From positions 1,015 to 65,014 of the forward strand of contig ONYW01000004.1 of NCBI GenBank assembly GCA_900322215.1: a DNA stretch of 64,000 bases. The letters run 5' to 3'. The position numbers were made by a program, and so were the translations under genes. Of this stretch, positions 43,919 through 52,660 are shown in pieces (position 1 is the stretch's first letter; every line of letters starts with the position of its first letter). Source of the DNA: an uncultured Eubacteriales bacterium. Its GTDB lineage: Bacteria; Bacillota; Clostridia; Christensenellales; CAG-917. Below the pieces are notes generated by a model, which was not told where the DNA came from, searched no databases, and saw nothing but the letters and a program-made list of their open reading frames with translations.

Positions 43919-44701
43919 CTTCAAGAGCGGAATGATGTCTTTGACTTTGTCGAGGGTGTAGTCAGGCTTGATTTTTGACTTCGGGAGCATATCGAGCGTC
44001 GTCTCGCCGGAGAGGACGAGAATAGACACAAATCCGCAGTTTTTGCCAAAAGCCACGTCCGTATAGAGTCTGTCGCCGACCATGGCAATCTTCTTCGGAG
44101 GGAGGTTGTATTTTTTTGCAAGTCTCTCGCCCGCCGTCTTGTGCGGTTTGCCCATGATGAGATCCGGGCTCCTGCCGACCGTCAAGCGTATCGCCTCGAT
44201 GAGCGCGCCGATATCCGGCATCGGGCAATTCGGCGCCGGGCAAAAGTAGTCCGGGTGAGTCGCTATATACGGAAGACCGCTGTTGACGTATCCGCAAAAC
44301 TTGTAGAGCCTGTCGTATGTGAGCGAGGTGTCAAAGCCTATGACGCAAACGTCGGGGTTTTCGTCCACGAGTTCTATGCCGTACAATTCAAATTCGCTCT
44401 TGAGTCTCTCGTTGCCGAGGAGAAAAACTTTGCTCCCCCTATAATTGTCGAGAATATATTCGCAGGTGACTTGACCCGACGTATAGATCTCGTCGCTGTA
44501 CGTTCTCAGCCCCAAGTTGTTGAGGCGCGCGATGTAGTCCGTGTGCATGCGCGAACTGTTGTTTGTAAAGAAGCAAATACGCTTGCCCATGCGCCTGAGT
44601 TCGTTGATAGCGGCAAACGATCCGTCTATCTCGTTGTCCCCTATGTACACCGTACCGTCAAGGTCGAAGACAAAAAGTTCTACGTCTTTGATGTTTTTCA
44701 T
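43916..44701 (-). CDS. HAD-IIA (NagD/AraL-type) sugar phosphatase
   Basis: FVFDLDGTVY motif I, FFTNNSS motif II and MVGDRLYTD motif IV. Confidence 0.8.
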   Translation of the reverse strand: MKNIKDVELFVFDLDGTVYIGDNEIDGSFAAINELRRMGKRICFFTNNSSRMHTDYIARLNNLGLRTYSDEIYTSGQVTCEYILDNYRGSKVFLLGNERLKSEFELYGIELVDENPDVCVIGFDTSLTYDRLYKFCGYVNSGLPYIATHPDYFCPAPNCPMPDIGALIEAIRLTVGRSPDLIMGKPHKTAGERLAKKYNLPPKKIAMVGDRLYTDVAFGKNCGFVSILVLSGETTLDMLPKSKIKPDYTLDKVKDIIPLLK

Positions 44702-44896
44702 ACTCTATTCCTTTGGCACTAAGTGCCCTTTATCTTCCGCAGGCTTCGCCTGTTCTTCGTAGTTTTGAGTGAGGAGTTGCGACAAAATGCAATTCACATT
44801 CAATCATCTTTTCCCTTCCACAATGGAGCGCAAGCGAGAATTCACTGAGTGCAAAGCACTTGCTCAGTTGAGGGAAAAAACATTGCATTCTTCCAC

Positions 44897-44965
44897 TATC
44901 ACGCTTGTGCGTGCATATCATCACCGATAGGTGTATATCATCACAACGCAGTTGTGTATCACCAC
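44897..44965 (-). repeat. Array of three short CAC...GTG hairpins separated by a GATGATAT linker
   Basis: On the plus strand: CACGC-ttgt-GCGTG CATATCAT CACC-gata-GGTG TATATCAT CACAAC-gca-GTTGTG TATCAC. Confidence 0.55.
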
Positions 44966-44994
44966 CCTAATTGAGCGGTTGAAAACCGCAAAAT

Positions 44995-46104
44995 TCATCG
45001 TGTGCAAGCTCGTAATGCTCCTTGCGCATAGGCAAAGCCAAGCAAATTCTCATTCACGCTGCCCGCAAGCAAAACCGCGTCCTCGACGTCGCCAATCCGC
45101 ACCGCCTGTTTCAAAAAGTACCCCGCGTCGTCATACACGCGTCTCCAGATGCGCTGTGCGGTCTTTGACTCTACAAGGCGCAATTTGTCCAGCAAATCCG
45201 TGCGATATTCTGAAAGAATATAACTTATTCTAAAATAACTGTTTGTTTCAAAAAAGTCAATGCTTTTGGACTGTTTGACGAGATAATCGCAACCGATTTT
45301 TGAAAGCGTGTCAAAATCTTCCTCTCTCGTCGGCGGAAGGCATACGTCGATAGAGGGCGAAGAGAGCAAAAAAGAATATAGTTTTAATATATACGACGCA
45401 AGAATAAACTCGTACTCGCCGACAAGAAGCGGCGCAACCTTTTTTTCGACAGCTTTTGCTCGCATGATATGCGCCGCGCACTCGGCGCTCGACATAAACT
45501 GCTTTTGCGTAGACAATTCAAGCAGTGCGACGGCAAGGGAGCATGCGTCTATCTCCCCCTTTACGTCAATGAGCTTTGCCCCGTCGCCGCTTGACAAAAC
45601 CACCCTTGCAAACTCGCTTTCAAACGCCGTTATACGCCTTGCAAACAACGCGCCCAAACCTGCCGCTACAAACCGTTTCTCGCAGTTTATCATCATATTT
45701 TTGTCGATAAACACGTGTTTCGGTGATTTGCCTTGCAAAATCGTGTCCGTCGTCGGAGCCGTCAACACCATTGACCACGGCACGGAAATCGCCCTCGCTA
45801 TCTTGTCCGCTCGCATTGCAGCAAAGCCGCAACCTACGGCGATTATATAGCGGATATAGTCGGGCACCGCATCCGTTTGCGGTTTTGTCTTGTCAAGTTC
45901 GCAAAGAAAAATCCTGCGCTTCAATTTGTGCAAAGAGTCGCCTACCGCTATTGCGATATCTTTCAACTTTTTGTCATAAACAATGCAAATCGCGCCCTCT
46001 TTCGAGACCGCGGAGATTTTGTCGGGTATAGCCTCGAAGACGTTGCTGCCCACAACGACTTCCGCTCCACCGATTTTTAGGGTGTCAAATTTTGTCTCTT
46101 CCAT
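44995..46104 (-). CDS. Fe-ADH / dehydroquinate-synthase-like superfamily protein (glycerol-1-phosphate dehydrogenase AraM-like?)
   Basis: IIAVGCGFAAMRADKIA occupies the place of the GGGSxxDxAK loop, and MVLTAPTTDT occupies the place of the IPTTAxTxS strand. The key glycine-rich loop is degenerate. Confidence 0.4.
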   Translation of the reverse strand: MEETKFDTLKIGGAEVVVGSNVFEAIPDKISAVSKEGAICIVYDKKLKDIAIAVGDSLHKLKRRIFLCELDKTKPQTDAVPDYIRYIIAVGCGFAAMRADKIARAISVPWSMVLTAPTTDTILQGKSPKHVFIDKNMMINCEKRFVAAGLGALFARRITAFESEFARVVLSSGDGAKLIDVKGEIDACSLAVALLELSTQKQFMSSAECAAHIMRAKAVEKKVAPLLVGEYEFILASYILKLYSFLLSSPSIDVCLPPTREEDFDTLSKIGCDYLVKQSKSIDFFETNSYFRISYILSEYRTDLLDKLRLVESKTAQRIWRRVYDDAGYFLKQAVRIGDVEDAVLLAGSVNENLLGFAYAQGALRACTR

Positions 46105-46199
46105 ATCGCCTCACGTGGACATTATAAGTCATACGCGAGGACGGATTTTGGAAGAATGTGGCGGATACTGTTACACTTCGTCTTTTGCGCTGTGTTCAA

Positions 46200-46508
46200 T
46201 CACTTTTTTACGAACGATTTGCACTTCGCCGAAAAGAGCGAATCGCGGACGTCGATTGCGGTATGCGCGCACACTCCGCCGTTGTTGAAACAGCATGGCG
46301 CGGAGCATTGGACGAGGGATTCGAGTTTTTCCTCTTCAAAGAGGTCGTCGCTCGCCTCTATATCCGCAAAACTTTGAGCGAGCGGACCGCCGTCTCGCTT
46401 TATTCTGCTCGTACACTTTGCATTCTCTCCGACGGAGATAACGCCTGCCAAGCATTTGCACTTTAAGTTGTGTTCACAATTTGACGTTTCACAGTTGATT
46501 TCTCTCAT
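46200..46508 (-). CDS. DUF1540-domain Cys-rich protein (two repeats)
   Basis: Start at [14 protein letters not shown] with a GGAGGC RBS. Two CxxxxCxxNxxxxCxAxxIxV-type units. Confidence 0.65.
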   Translation of the reverse strand: MREINCETSNCEHNLKCKCLAGVISVGENAKCTSRIKRDGGPLAQSFADIEASDDLFEEEKLESLVQCSAPCCFNNGGVCAHTAIDVRDSLFSAKCKSFVKK

Positions 46509-46674
46509 TTTAGCCTCCGAAATTAGTTTGCACATTCCTGCGATTTTTAGTCAAAAAAGCGCAAATTTGCAAGGAGAGGACAACTTCTTTGCAATATTAT
46601 TGCAAAAATGCGATATGTCGTTGAAAATGCGCGCCCTTTATGCTAAAATGTTAAAAAGCATTCAGAGGTGTACT

Positions 46675-47121
46675 ATGAAAGTTATCATGCTCAAAGACCT
46701 GAAAGGCACAGGCAAAAAAGGCGAAATCATAGAAGTCAACGACGGCTATGCAAGAAATTTCCTCATAAAGAAAGGCATAGCGCAGGAAGGCACGACGCAA
46801 AATCTTTACGTCGCCGACCAAAAGAAAAAGGCATACGAGGCAAAGGTCGCAAGAGAAAAGGCTGAGGCTCAAGAACTTGCGGGCAAACTTGCCCCTATCA
46901 CCGTCAAGGTCTCCGCAAAAGGCGGTGAAAACGGCGGCAAAATGTTCGGTTCCGTCACGGCGGAAATGATCTCCGAGGCGCTGAAAGTCCTCGGATTTGA
47001 CGTTGACAAAAAGAAGATCGACATCAAAGAGAGCATAAGAGACTTCGGCAAGACGGAAGTCCTTCTCCGCTTGTATCCGGAAGTCACGCAAGTGCTCAAA
47101 ATCGAGGTCGTCAGAGCATAA
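46675..47121 (+). CDS. rplI: 50S ribosomal protein L9
   Basis: [36 protein letters not shown]. Confidence 0.92.
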   Translation: MKVIMLKDLKGTGKKGEIIEVNDGYARNFLIKKGIAQEGTTQNLYVADQKKKAYEAKVAREKAEAQELAGKLAPITVKVSAKGGENGGKMFGSVTAEMISEALKVLGFDVDKKKIDIKESIRDFGKTEVLLRLYPEVTQVLKIEVVRA

Positions 47122-47124
47122 CTT

Positions 47125-47823
47125 ATGAGTTTGTATCTTTGCGACTTAGGCGGTGGCTTTGAAATCTTTCAAGACTCGGACGGCTACGGGTTCACCCAAG
47201 ACTCCGTCCTGCTTGCCAATCTCGCAAACCTCGCTCCGAACGACAACGTGTTAGACCTCGGCTCCGGCTCGGGAGTGCTCGGTTTTCTTGCGCTCCGCAA
47301 AAAGCACGTGAGGAGCGTCGTCGGATTAGAGTTGCAACCATCCGCATGCGATATGTGCCTGAAAAGCATAGAAAAGAATTCTATGCAGGACAAATTCAAG
47401 GTTATTTGCGGAGACGTTCTTGACTTCAAAAAGCACTTGAAGCACGGCGAGTTTTCAAAGGTGCTTTGCAATCCGCCCTACTTCAAACAGGTGCAGGCAA
47501 CGGACGAGCGCTCCACCTCTCGCCAAGAGTCTACGGCAAGCCTCGCTGACTTTGTGAAAGCCGCGAGTTTCTCGCTCAAATACGGCGGGGAACTGTGGAT
47601 CGTCCTCAAAGTCGACCGCCTCTCTTCCCTCTTCGCCGCGCTCGGCGAGAATAGATTAGAGCCAAAACTCATGTGGCTCGTATATCCAAAGCCGTCGCTC
47701 GACGTCGACACCGTCATCGTCAAGGCGAAAAAAGGCGGAAAAGTGGGATTAGAGACAAAAACCCTCTACGTTCAGGACGACGAGGGCAATTATACGGAGC
47801 AATTTAACGCGCTATATAGGTGA
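47125..47823 (+). CDS. Class I SAM-dependent methyltransferase (tRNA m6A37 TrmN6/YabB-like)
   Basis: VLDLGSGSGVLG SAM motif and NPPYF catalytic motif. Lies upstream of rsmI, as yabB-yabC do in Bacillus. Confidence 0.75.
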   Translation: MSLYLCDLGGGFEIFQDSDGYGFTQDSVLLANLANLAPNDNVLDLGSGSGVLGFLALRKKHVRSVVGLELQPSACDMCLKSIEKNSMQDKFKVICGDVLDFKKHLKHGEFSKVLCNPPYFKQVQATDERSTSRQESTASLADFVKAASFSLKYGGELWIVLKVDRLSSLFAALGENRLEPKLMWLVYPKPSLDVDTVIVKAKKGGKVGLETKTLYVQDDEGNYTEQFNALYR

Positions 47824-47835
47824 TTTTGGTGTAAT

Positions 47836-48675
47836 ATGGCAAAACTCTTTATCGTTGGCACGCCGATAGGCAATATGAACGACATGACGCTCAGGGCGAT
47901 CGATACTCTGCGCGCTGTGGACGTTGTCGCTTGCGAGGACACAAGGCATTCTCTGCCGCTCCTTGCAAAATATGACGTACACGCAAAACTCATCGCCTAT
48001 CACAAGTTCAACGAGCAAGAGGCGTCGGACAAAATCATCGCACTAATTGCCGAGGGCAAAAACGTCGCGATAATCACGGACGCAGGTATGCCGTCTATCT
48101 CGGATCCGGGTGCGGAAGTCATCGCCAAATGCAGAGAGCAAGGCGTTGAGACGGAACTTGTGCCCGGCCCTACCGCCTTTGCGAGCGCGATCACCCTCTC
48201 CGGCATCAAGGCGCAAGGCTTCACCTTCCTCGGCTTCCTTCCCGAAAAGACAGCCGACAAGAAGGCGCTCATCTCAAAAGTCAAGGACACAGGACTCCCT
48301 ATTGTCCTCTACTGCGCCCCGCACGACCTCGGCAAAACCGCAAAGTTTCTCTTTGAAGAACTCGGAGACAGGAACGTCCACGTCGTGCGCGAACTCACCA
48401 AGATGCACGAATGCGTCGAGGACACTACGCTCGCCGACTTCCATGCCGAAGAGCGTGGCGAGATAGTCCTCATCATAGACGCCTCCTCCGCCGAGAATCC
48501 GCTCCTTTCCCTCTCCGTCGAAGAGCATCTTCGCCACTATCTCTCACTCGGGTACGACCAAAAATCCGCCGTCAAAGCCGTTGCTTCCGACCGCGCCCTC
48601 CCAAAAAACGACGTCTACCAAGTGGCAATAAACATGCAACCAACTTCGCCAACCTCGCCAACTTCGTTGGATTAG
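47836..48675 (+). CDS. rsmI: 16S rRNA (cytidine1402-2-prime-O)-methyltransferase
   Basis: LFIVGTPIGNMNDMTLRAIDTLRAVDVVACEDTRHS. Short PTSPTSPTS tail. Confidence 0.9.
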   Translation: MAKLFIVGTPIGNMNDMTLRAIDTLRAVDVVACEDTRHSLPLLAKYDVHAKLIAYHKFNEQEASDKIIALIAEGKNVAIITDAGMPSISDPGAEVIAKCREQGVETELVPGPTAFASAITLSGIKAQGFTFLGFLPEKTADKKALISKVKDTGLPIVLYCAPHDLGKTAKFLFEELGDRNVHVVRELTKMHECVEDTTLADFHAEERGEIVLIIDASSAENPLLSLSVEEHLRHYLSLGYDQKSAVKAVASDRALPKNDVYQVAINMQPTSPTSPTSLD

Positions 48676-48696
48676 AATATTAAAAAGCCTTTATAT

Positions 48697-48729
48697 GAAA
48701 AATCCACCGCATAATCGGTGGATTTTTTG
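48697..48729. terminator. Bidirectional intrinsic terminator
   Basis: AATCCACCG-cataat-CGGTGGATT flanked by A5 and T6. Confidence 0.8.
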
Positions 48730-48778
48730 TTCGGTTAGTGAGTTATTTGCCATTGGTTTGTGCTTGGCGATATATGAG

Positions 48779-50056
48779 TCATACTACAAGCCAAATGATG
48801 ATATACGCTCCGACGATTGCAAGGAAAACTGCTATATTCTCTATCGGTATGAGGACGGACATAATCGTCGCCATAGTCAGGACGATAAAATGTAGCCATA
48901 GGTAGCGAATTTCAATATTGTTCTTTTTCGTACTCATGTCTTCAAAGACGAACAGGCCGTTTACATTTTTGAATACATTTCCTAGTTTTTTGTCTAAGAG
49001 CGCAAACAATGGTTTTTCGAGGAGATACTTGCGCGCGACGTCGACCATAAATCCTATTGCAAACACAATAAACACAGTCTCAATGGCGTATAACGCAAAC
49101 AAATTGCTGTGGCTAAGCGCCTCAACGTGAAAGAAATCGCGCCAAAGAAGGTGTCTTGTCATAAAGTTTTCGTGCAAAAGATATATGCCAAAAGTTGATC
49201 CGCCGACAAGATTGACAAGTTTTGACGGTTTCATTCTTATCTGTTTGAACACGAGGAACAATAGTACGGAACAAGCAACCATCATAACGTTTGACCTCGC
49301 CTGAAAATACATGACAAGTTCTTTCCTTACACCAAGCACATTTGGCAAAATGAGCGTTGTGAGAAATATAAGGAAAAATCCGAGACACACAACAGGGGCG
49401 AATGCTCTACTATGCAAATCTGAAACAAAACGGCTAATATATGCGCCGATGAGGTATATAAACACAAAATGAATGATGTTGATCGTGAGTTCATTCGGCC
49501 AAATCTGCTTATCGAATACAGTTGGCAATACCGACACAAACATCCCGACGATAAAAAGCAAAATCACAAACTGCTCTTTTCTTAGGTTTCTTGTGCACAC
49601 GTTTATAAACGGCGAAAGCAAAAACATTGCGATATATGGTCCGACAAACCAAAAATCACCGTTGGACAGAAGAAGTATATATGCAAGCACTCCCCCTACA
49701 GACCACTTGTTGTCCGGGTGAATAATCGCATTTGCGATAAGCAGAACACAGGCATAAAACACAACTTGAAACGCTATTCGCAAAAACGACTGAATCTTAA
49801 ACTTCGATTTGCTCAAAAAATAACCGGATATAAGTAAAAATGAGTTGACGCCAATCTGCCCAAAGCCTCTGAACACATGGTAAAAGCAGAGATTAAACAA
49901 CGGAAAACCTGAAACATTTATGCCTGCAAAGGCATGGCTCCAATGCGCCGCGACAATAAAGACCATTGAAAGAATACGCAACAGTTCAATATTCGATTGC
50001 CTTGCGCCATGAGTTTCCAACGTAAGATTGAGGTTGTTATAGGCTACTCTCTGCAT
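48779..50056 (-). CDS. Acyltransferase family 3 integral membrane protein
   Basis: About 10 TM helices. The N-terminal NIELLRILSMVFIVAAHW is typical of Acyl_transf_3. Somewhat AT-richer than its neighbours. Confidence 0.75.
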   Translation of the reverse strand: MQRVAYNNLNLTLETHGARQSNIELLRILSMVFIVAAHWSHAFAGINVSGFPLFNLCFYHVFRGFGQIGVNSFLLISGYFLSKSKFKIQSFLRIAFQVVFYACVLLIANAIIHPDNKWSVGGVLAYILLLSNGDFWFVGPYIAMFLLSPFINVCTRNLRKEQFVILLFIVGMFVSVLPTVFDKQIWPNELTINIIHFVFIYLIGAYISRFVSDLHSRAFAPVVCLGFFLIFLTTLILPNVLGVRKELVMYFQARSNVMMVACSVLLFLVFKQIRMKPSKLVNLVGGSTFGIYLLHENFMTRHLLWRDFFHVEALSHSNLFALYAIETVFIVFAIGFMVDVARKYLLEKPLFALLDKKLGNVFKNVNGLFVFEDMSTKKNNIEIRYLWLHFIVLTMATIMSVLIPIENIAVFLAIVGAYIIIWLVV

Positions 50057-50136
50057 AAATCCAAAATTACTAAATTATTTTAGTGTTTCTGCATACATTA
50101 TACCATACGGCAGATTGATAAATCAATAAGAGTATA

Positions 50137-50163
50137 CAAAAAGGGCTAGCAAATGCTAACCCT
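50137..50163 (-). terminator. Intrinsic terminator
   Basis: In minus sense, GGGTTAGCA-tt-TGCTAGCCC followed by TTTTTG. Confidence 0.65.
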
Positions 50164-50193
50164 CTTCTCATGTTATTACAAGCGTTAAAACTA

Positions 50194-50577
50194 TCAACCC
50201 AAACCTGCGTCGTTACGGGCTTGCTTGGTGGCGATATAGAAGACCTCGTTGCTTTGTCCGGTGTACTCGGAGGTGTGTATAAACTCCGACGCACGCGACG
50301 CAGAGTCCGTTGAATCAAAGAAGAATATCTCTATAATATCATTGCCCTTTGTGCCTTTGAGGTATTGTTGCAGAGTGGCAGAGTTGAGCCAATAAGGGTT
50401 TTCACCCTCGCAATACACTTCACCGCTCAAGACCGTCACTGTGTAGCCTGCGCTTTCAAGTTTTGGTTTTACCTCGTCAAGTTTGATCTTCTTGAACATA
50501 TTGCAAGCGACACAAGACGCGACGATTGCGACGAGCAACACAGCGACAAGCGCTATTGCAAAAACTTTTCTTTTCAT
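50194..50577 (-). CDS. Hypothetical lipoprotein
   Basis: Signal peptide with lipobox-like VASCVAC. No recognisable domain. Confidence 0.55.
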   Translation of the reverse strand: MKRKVFAIALVAVLLVAIVASCVACNMFKKIKLDEVKPKLESAGYTVTVLSGEVYCEGENPYWLNSATLQQYLKGTKGNDIIEIFFFDSTDSASRASEFIHTSEYTGQSNEVFYIATKQARNDAGLG

Positions 50578-50675
50578 AAAACTCTCCTTTTTGTCGTTAT
50601 AACAAGTTTACGCACCGAAGGGCACAAACTATGCCAATGCGGTGCGTATTTTGGGCTTGTTAAGCTGATTTTTGC

Positions 50676-51224
50676 TTATTTTTTGAAGTATCTGTTGAGG
50701 AGTCCTTCAAACGCCTTGCCGTGGCGAGCCTCGTCTCTTGCCATCTCGTGAACTGTGTCGTGGATTGCGTCAAGACCGAGTTCTTTTGCACGTTTTGCGA
50801 GAGCTGTCTTGCCTGCTGTTGCGCCGTTTTCTGCGGCGACGCGCATTTCAAGGTTCTTCTTTGTGCTGTCTGTCAAGCATTCGCCGAGGAGTTCGGCAAA
50901 TTTTGCCGCGTGTTCTGCCTCTTCAAAAGCTGCCTTTTCCCAATAAAGACCAATCTCAGGATAGCCTTCACGGTGAGCAACTCTTGCCATTGCAAGGTAC
51001 ATACCGACTTCGCTGCATTCGCCTTCAAAGTTGGCTCTGAGTCCGTCGACGATCTCTTGATCGACTCCTTTTGCGACACCGAGAACGTGCTCGGAGGCCC
51101 AACTGAGTTCGTCTTCAACGACTTCAACGAATTTTTCTCCCGAGACCTTGCAGCGTGGGCATTTGTCCGGACGGACGTCTGATTCTACGATTTCACCACA
51201 AACGGTGCATCTCCATTTTTTCAT
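50676..51224 (-). CDS. Reverse rubrerythrin (N-terminal rubredoxin-like, C-terminal ferritin-like)
   Basis: WRCTVCGE...CPRCK at the N-terminus, then diiron ExxH motifs ([22 protein letters not shown]). Confidence 0.85.
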   Translation of the reverse strand: MKKWRCTVCGEIVESDVRPDKCPRCKVSGEKFVEVVEDELSWASEHVLGVAKGVDQEIVDGLRANFEGECSEVGMYLAMARVAHREGYPEIGLYWEKAAFEEAEHAAKFAELLGECLTDSTKKNLEMRVAAENGATAGKTALAKRAKELGLDAIHDTVHEMARDEARHGKAFEGLLNRYFKK

Positions 51225-51325
51225 AACTTTATCTCCTATATTTGTTTATTTTTGGCTTTTAGGCTATACAAATATTATCGTAGAAAAACGCCTTTCTGTC
51301 AATACATTTCTTGATTTTCGGCAAA

Positions 51326-51359
51326 GAAAAAAGGCGCGAACTGTTGTTCGTGCCTTTTT
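51326..51359. terminator. Intrinsic terminator after rplL
   Basis: GGCGCGAAC-tgtt-GTTCGTGCC flanked by A6 and T5. Confidence 0.75.
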
Positions 51360-51375
51360 CTTATAGTTGGTAAAA

Positions 51376-51750
51376 TTACTTGAGTTCTGCTGTTGCGCCA
51401 ACTTCTTTGAGTTTTGCAACGAGTGCTTCTGCTGCGTCTTTCGGAAGTGCTTCTTTGACTGTCTTTGGTGCGCCGTCGACAACTGCTTTTGCTTCGACGA
51501 GGCCAAGACCTGTTGCTTCTTTGACGACCTTGATGACTTGGACCTTGTTTGGACCAATTTCTTTGAGGACGACGTCAAATTCTGTCTTTTCTTCTTCCTT
51601 CGGTGCATCTGCGCCTGCTGCCGGGCCTGCAACGACCATGCCTGCTGCTGCGCTTACGCCAAATTCTTCTTCGAGTGCTTTAACGAAATCATTGAGTTCA
51701 AGAACTGTCATGCTCTTGATTTCTTCCATAAGTTTATTAAGATCTGCCAT
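51376..51750 (-). CDS. rplL: 50S ribosomal protein L7/L12
   Basis: Start at [33 protein letters not shown]-terminus [27 protein letters not shown]. Confidence 0.92.
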   Translation of the reverse strand: MADLNKLMEEIKSMTVLELNDFVKALEEEFGVSAAAGMVVAGPAAGADAPKEEEKTEFDVVLKEIGPNKVQVIKVVKEATGLGLVEAKAVVDGAPKTVKEALPKDAAEALVAKLKEVGATAELK

Positions 51751-51814
51751 TTTTTTATTCTCCAATTATTTTTTTTCGACCGAGTCGATGTGAAGTGGGC
51801 TTATGCCACTAGGG

Positions 51815-52315
51815 TTATGCTTGTTGCTCCTTTTGTTCTGCAATTTGCTTCAAGCACATAGCAAGCTTTGTGAGCGGTGATTGCATACTGCCGAGCATCT
51901 TTGCGATGAGGACTTCCTTTGACGGGATGTCCGCAATTTTCTTAAGGCCAGCTTCGTCCATAAATTCGCCTTCGACCATACCGCATTTCGTCTTCATTTT
52001 GTTAAGAGCCTTGATGTTCTTAAAAATGAATTTTGCAGGTGCTACGGCGTCTGTGGAAGAAAACGCAACTGCTGTCGGACCATTGAGTGCTTCGTCAAAC
52101 TGGGTGTAGCCGAGTTCGTTGAAAGCAATCTTGACAAGACGGTTTTTAAGAACTGCATAGTCAACGCCGTTTTCTCTGAGCTCTTTGCGGAATGCCGTAT
52201 CTTGAGCAACCGTAAGACCCATGTAGTCAACGAGAACGATGGACTTTGCAGAAGTGATCTTCGCCTTGATTTCTTCGACTTGTTGCTTCTTGGCTGCAAG
52301 AACTTCCTGATTCAT
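51815..52315 (-). CDS. rplJ: 50S ribosomal protein L10
   Basis: VLVDYMGLTVAQDTAFRKELRENGVDYAVLKN. Confidence 0.92.
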   Translation of the reverse strand: MNQEVLAAKKQQVEEIKAKITSAKSIVLVDYMGLTVAQDTAFRKELRENGVDYAVLKNRLVKIAFNELGYTQFDEALNGPTAVAFSSTDAVAPAKFIFKNIKALNKMKTKCGMVEGEFMDEAGLKKIADIPSKEVLIAKMLGSMQSPLTKLAMCLKQIAEQKEQQA

Positions 52316-52579
52316 CTTTACCTCCTATTATTTCCCGAGAACTGTCGCATTTGAAGTGGGAAGTTTCAAACGCCCTTTGATTGTCCCAAAAATCTGCTAC
52401 GCATATTTTCGGGAGCCCTTTGACGAAAAAAAATCGTCATTCCATGAGAGAAAAGACGAATCACAAGCAAAAACTCATATTCAACTTCACTCCTCGGCAA
52501 GCGGTATTTCACTTACGACTTTCGTCACTTGCTGTCTTTGGAACGCTACTATAATAATAAATTTACTTCGTAATGTCAA
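52316..52579 (-). promoter_or_regulatory. rplJ promoter plus a roughly 235-nt leader (candidate L10-leader attenuator)
   Basis: In minus sense, TTGACA (52579-52574), a 17-nt spacer, then TATTAT (52556-52551). The leader contains a short stem followed by a T8 run. L10-leader identity is inferred from position only. Confidence 0.45.
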
Positions 52580-52611
52580 ACGTTTTTGCGATATTGCGAA
52601 ATTTTTATCCT

Positions 52612-52647
52612 AAAAATCAACGGATAGGACGAAAACGCCCTATCCGT
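52612..52647 (-). terminator. Intrinsic terminator after the LRR protein gene
   Basis: In minus sense, ACGGATAGG-gcgttttcgt-CCTATCCGT followed by TGATTTTT. Confidence 0.7.
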
Positions 52648-52660
52648 TGTGTAGATTTTG

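Noticed and set aside
43493-43978. 161-aa and 83-aa plus-strand ORFs in the M23-HAD intergenic region
   Set aside because: They read through the degenerate tandem repeat. There is no RBS, the content is repeat-derived low complexity, and they overlap the HAD gene end.
48634-48675. Short CCAAC(T/C)TCG repeat giving a PTSPTSPTS tail on RsmI
   Set aside because: It is a tiny in-frame microrepeat at the extreme C-terminus. It is probably neutral slippage and not worth a separate finding.
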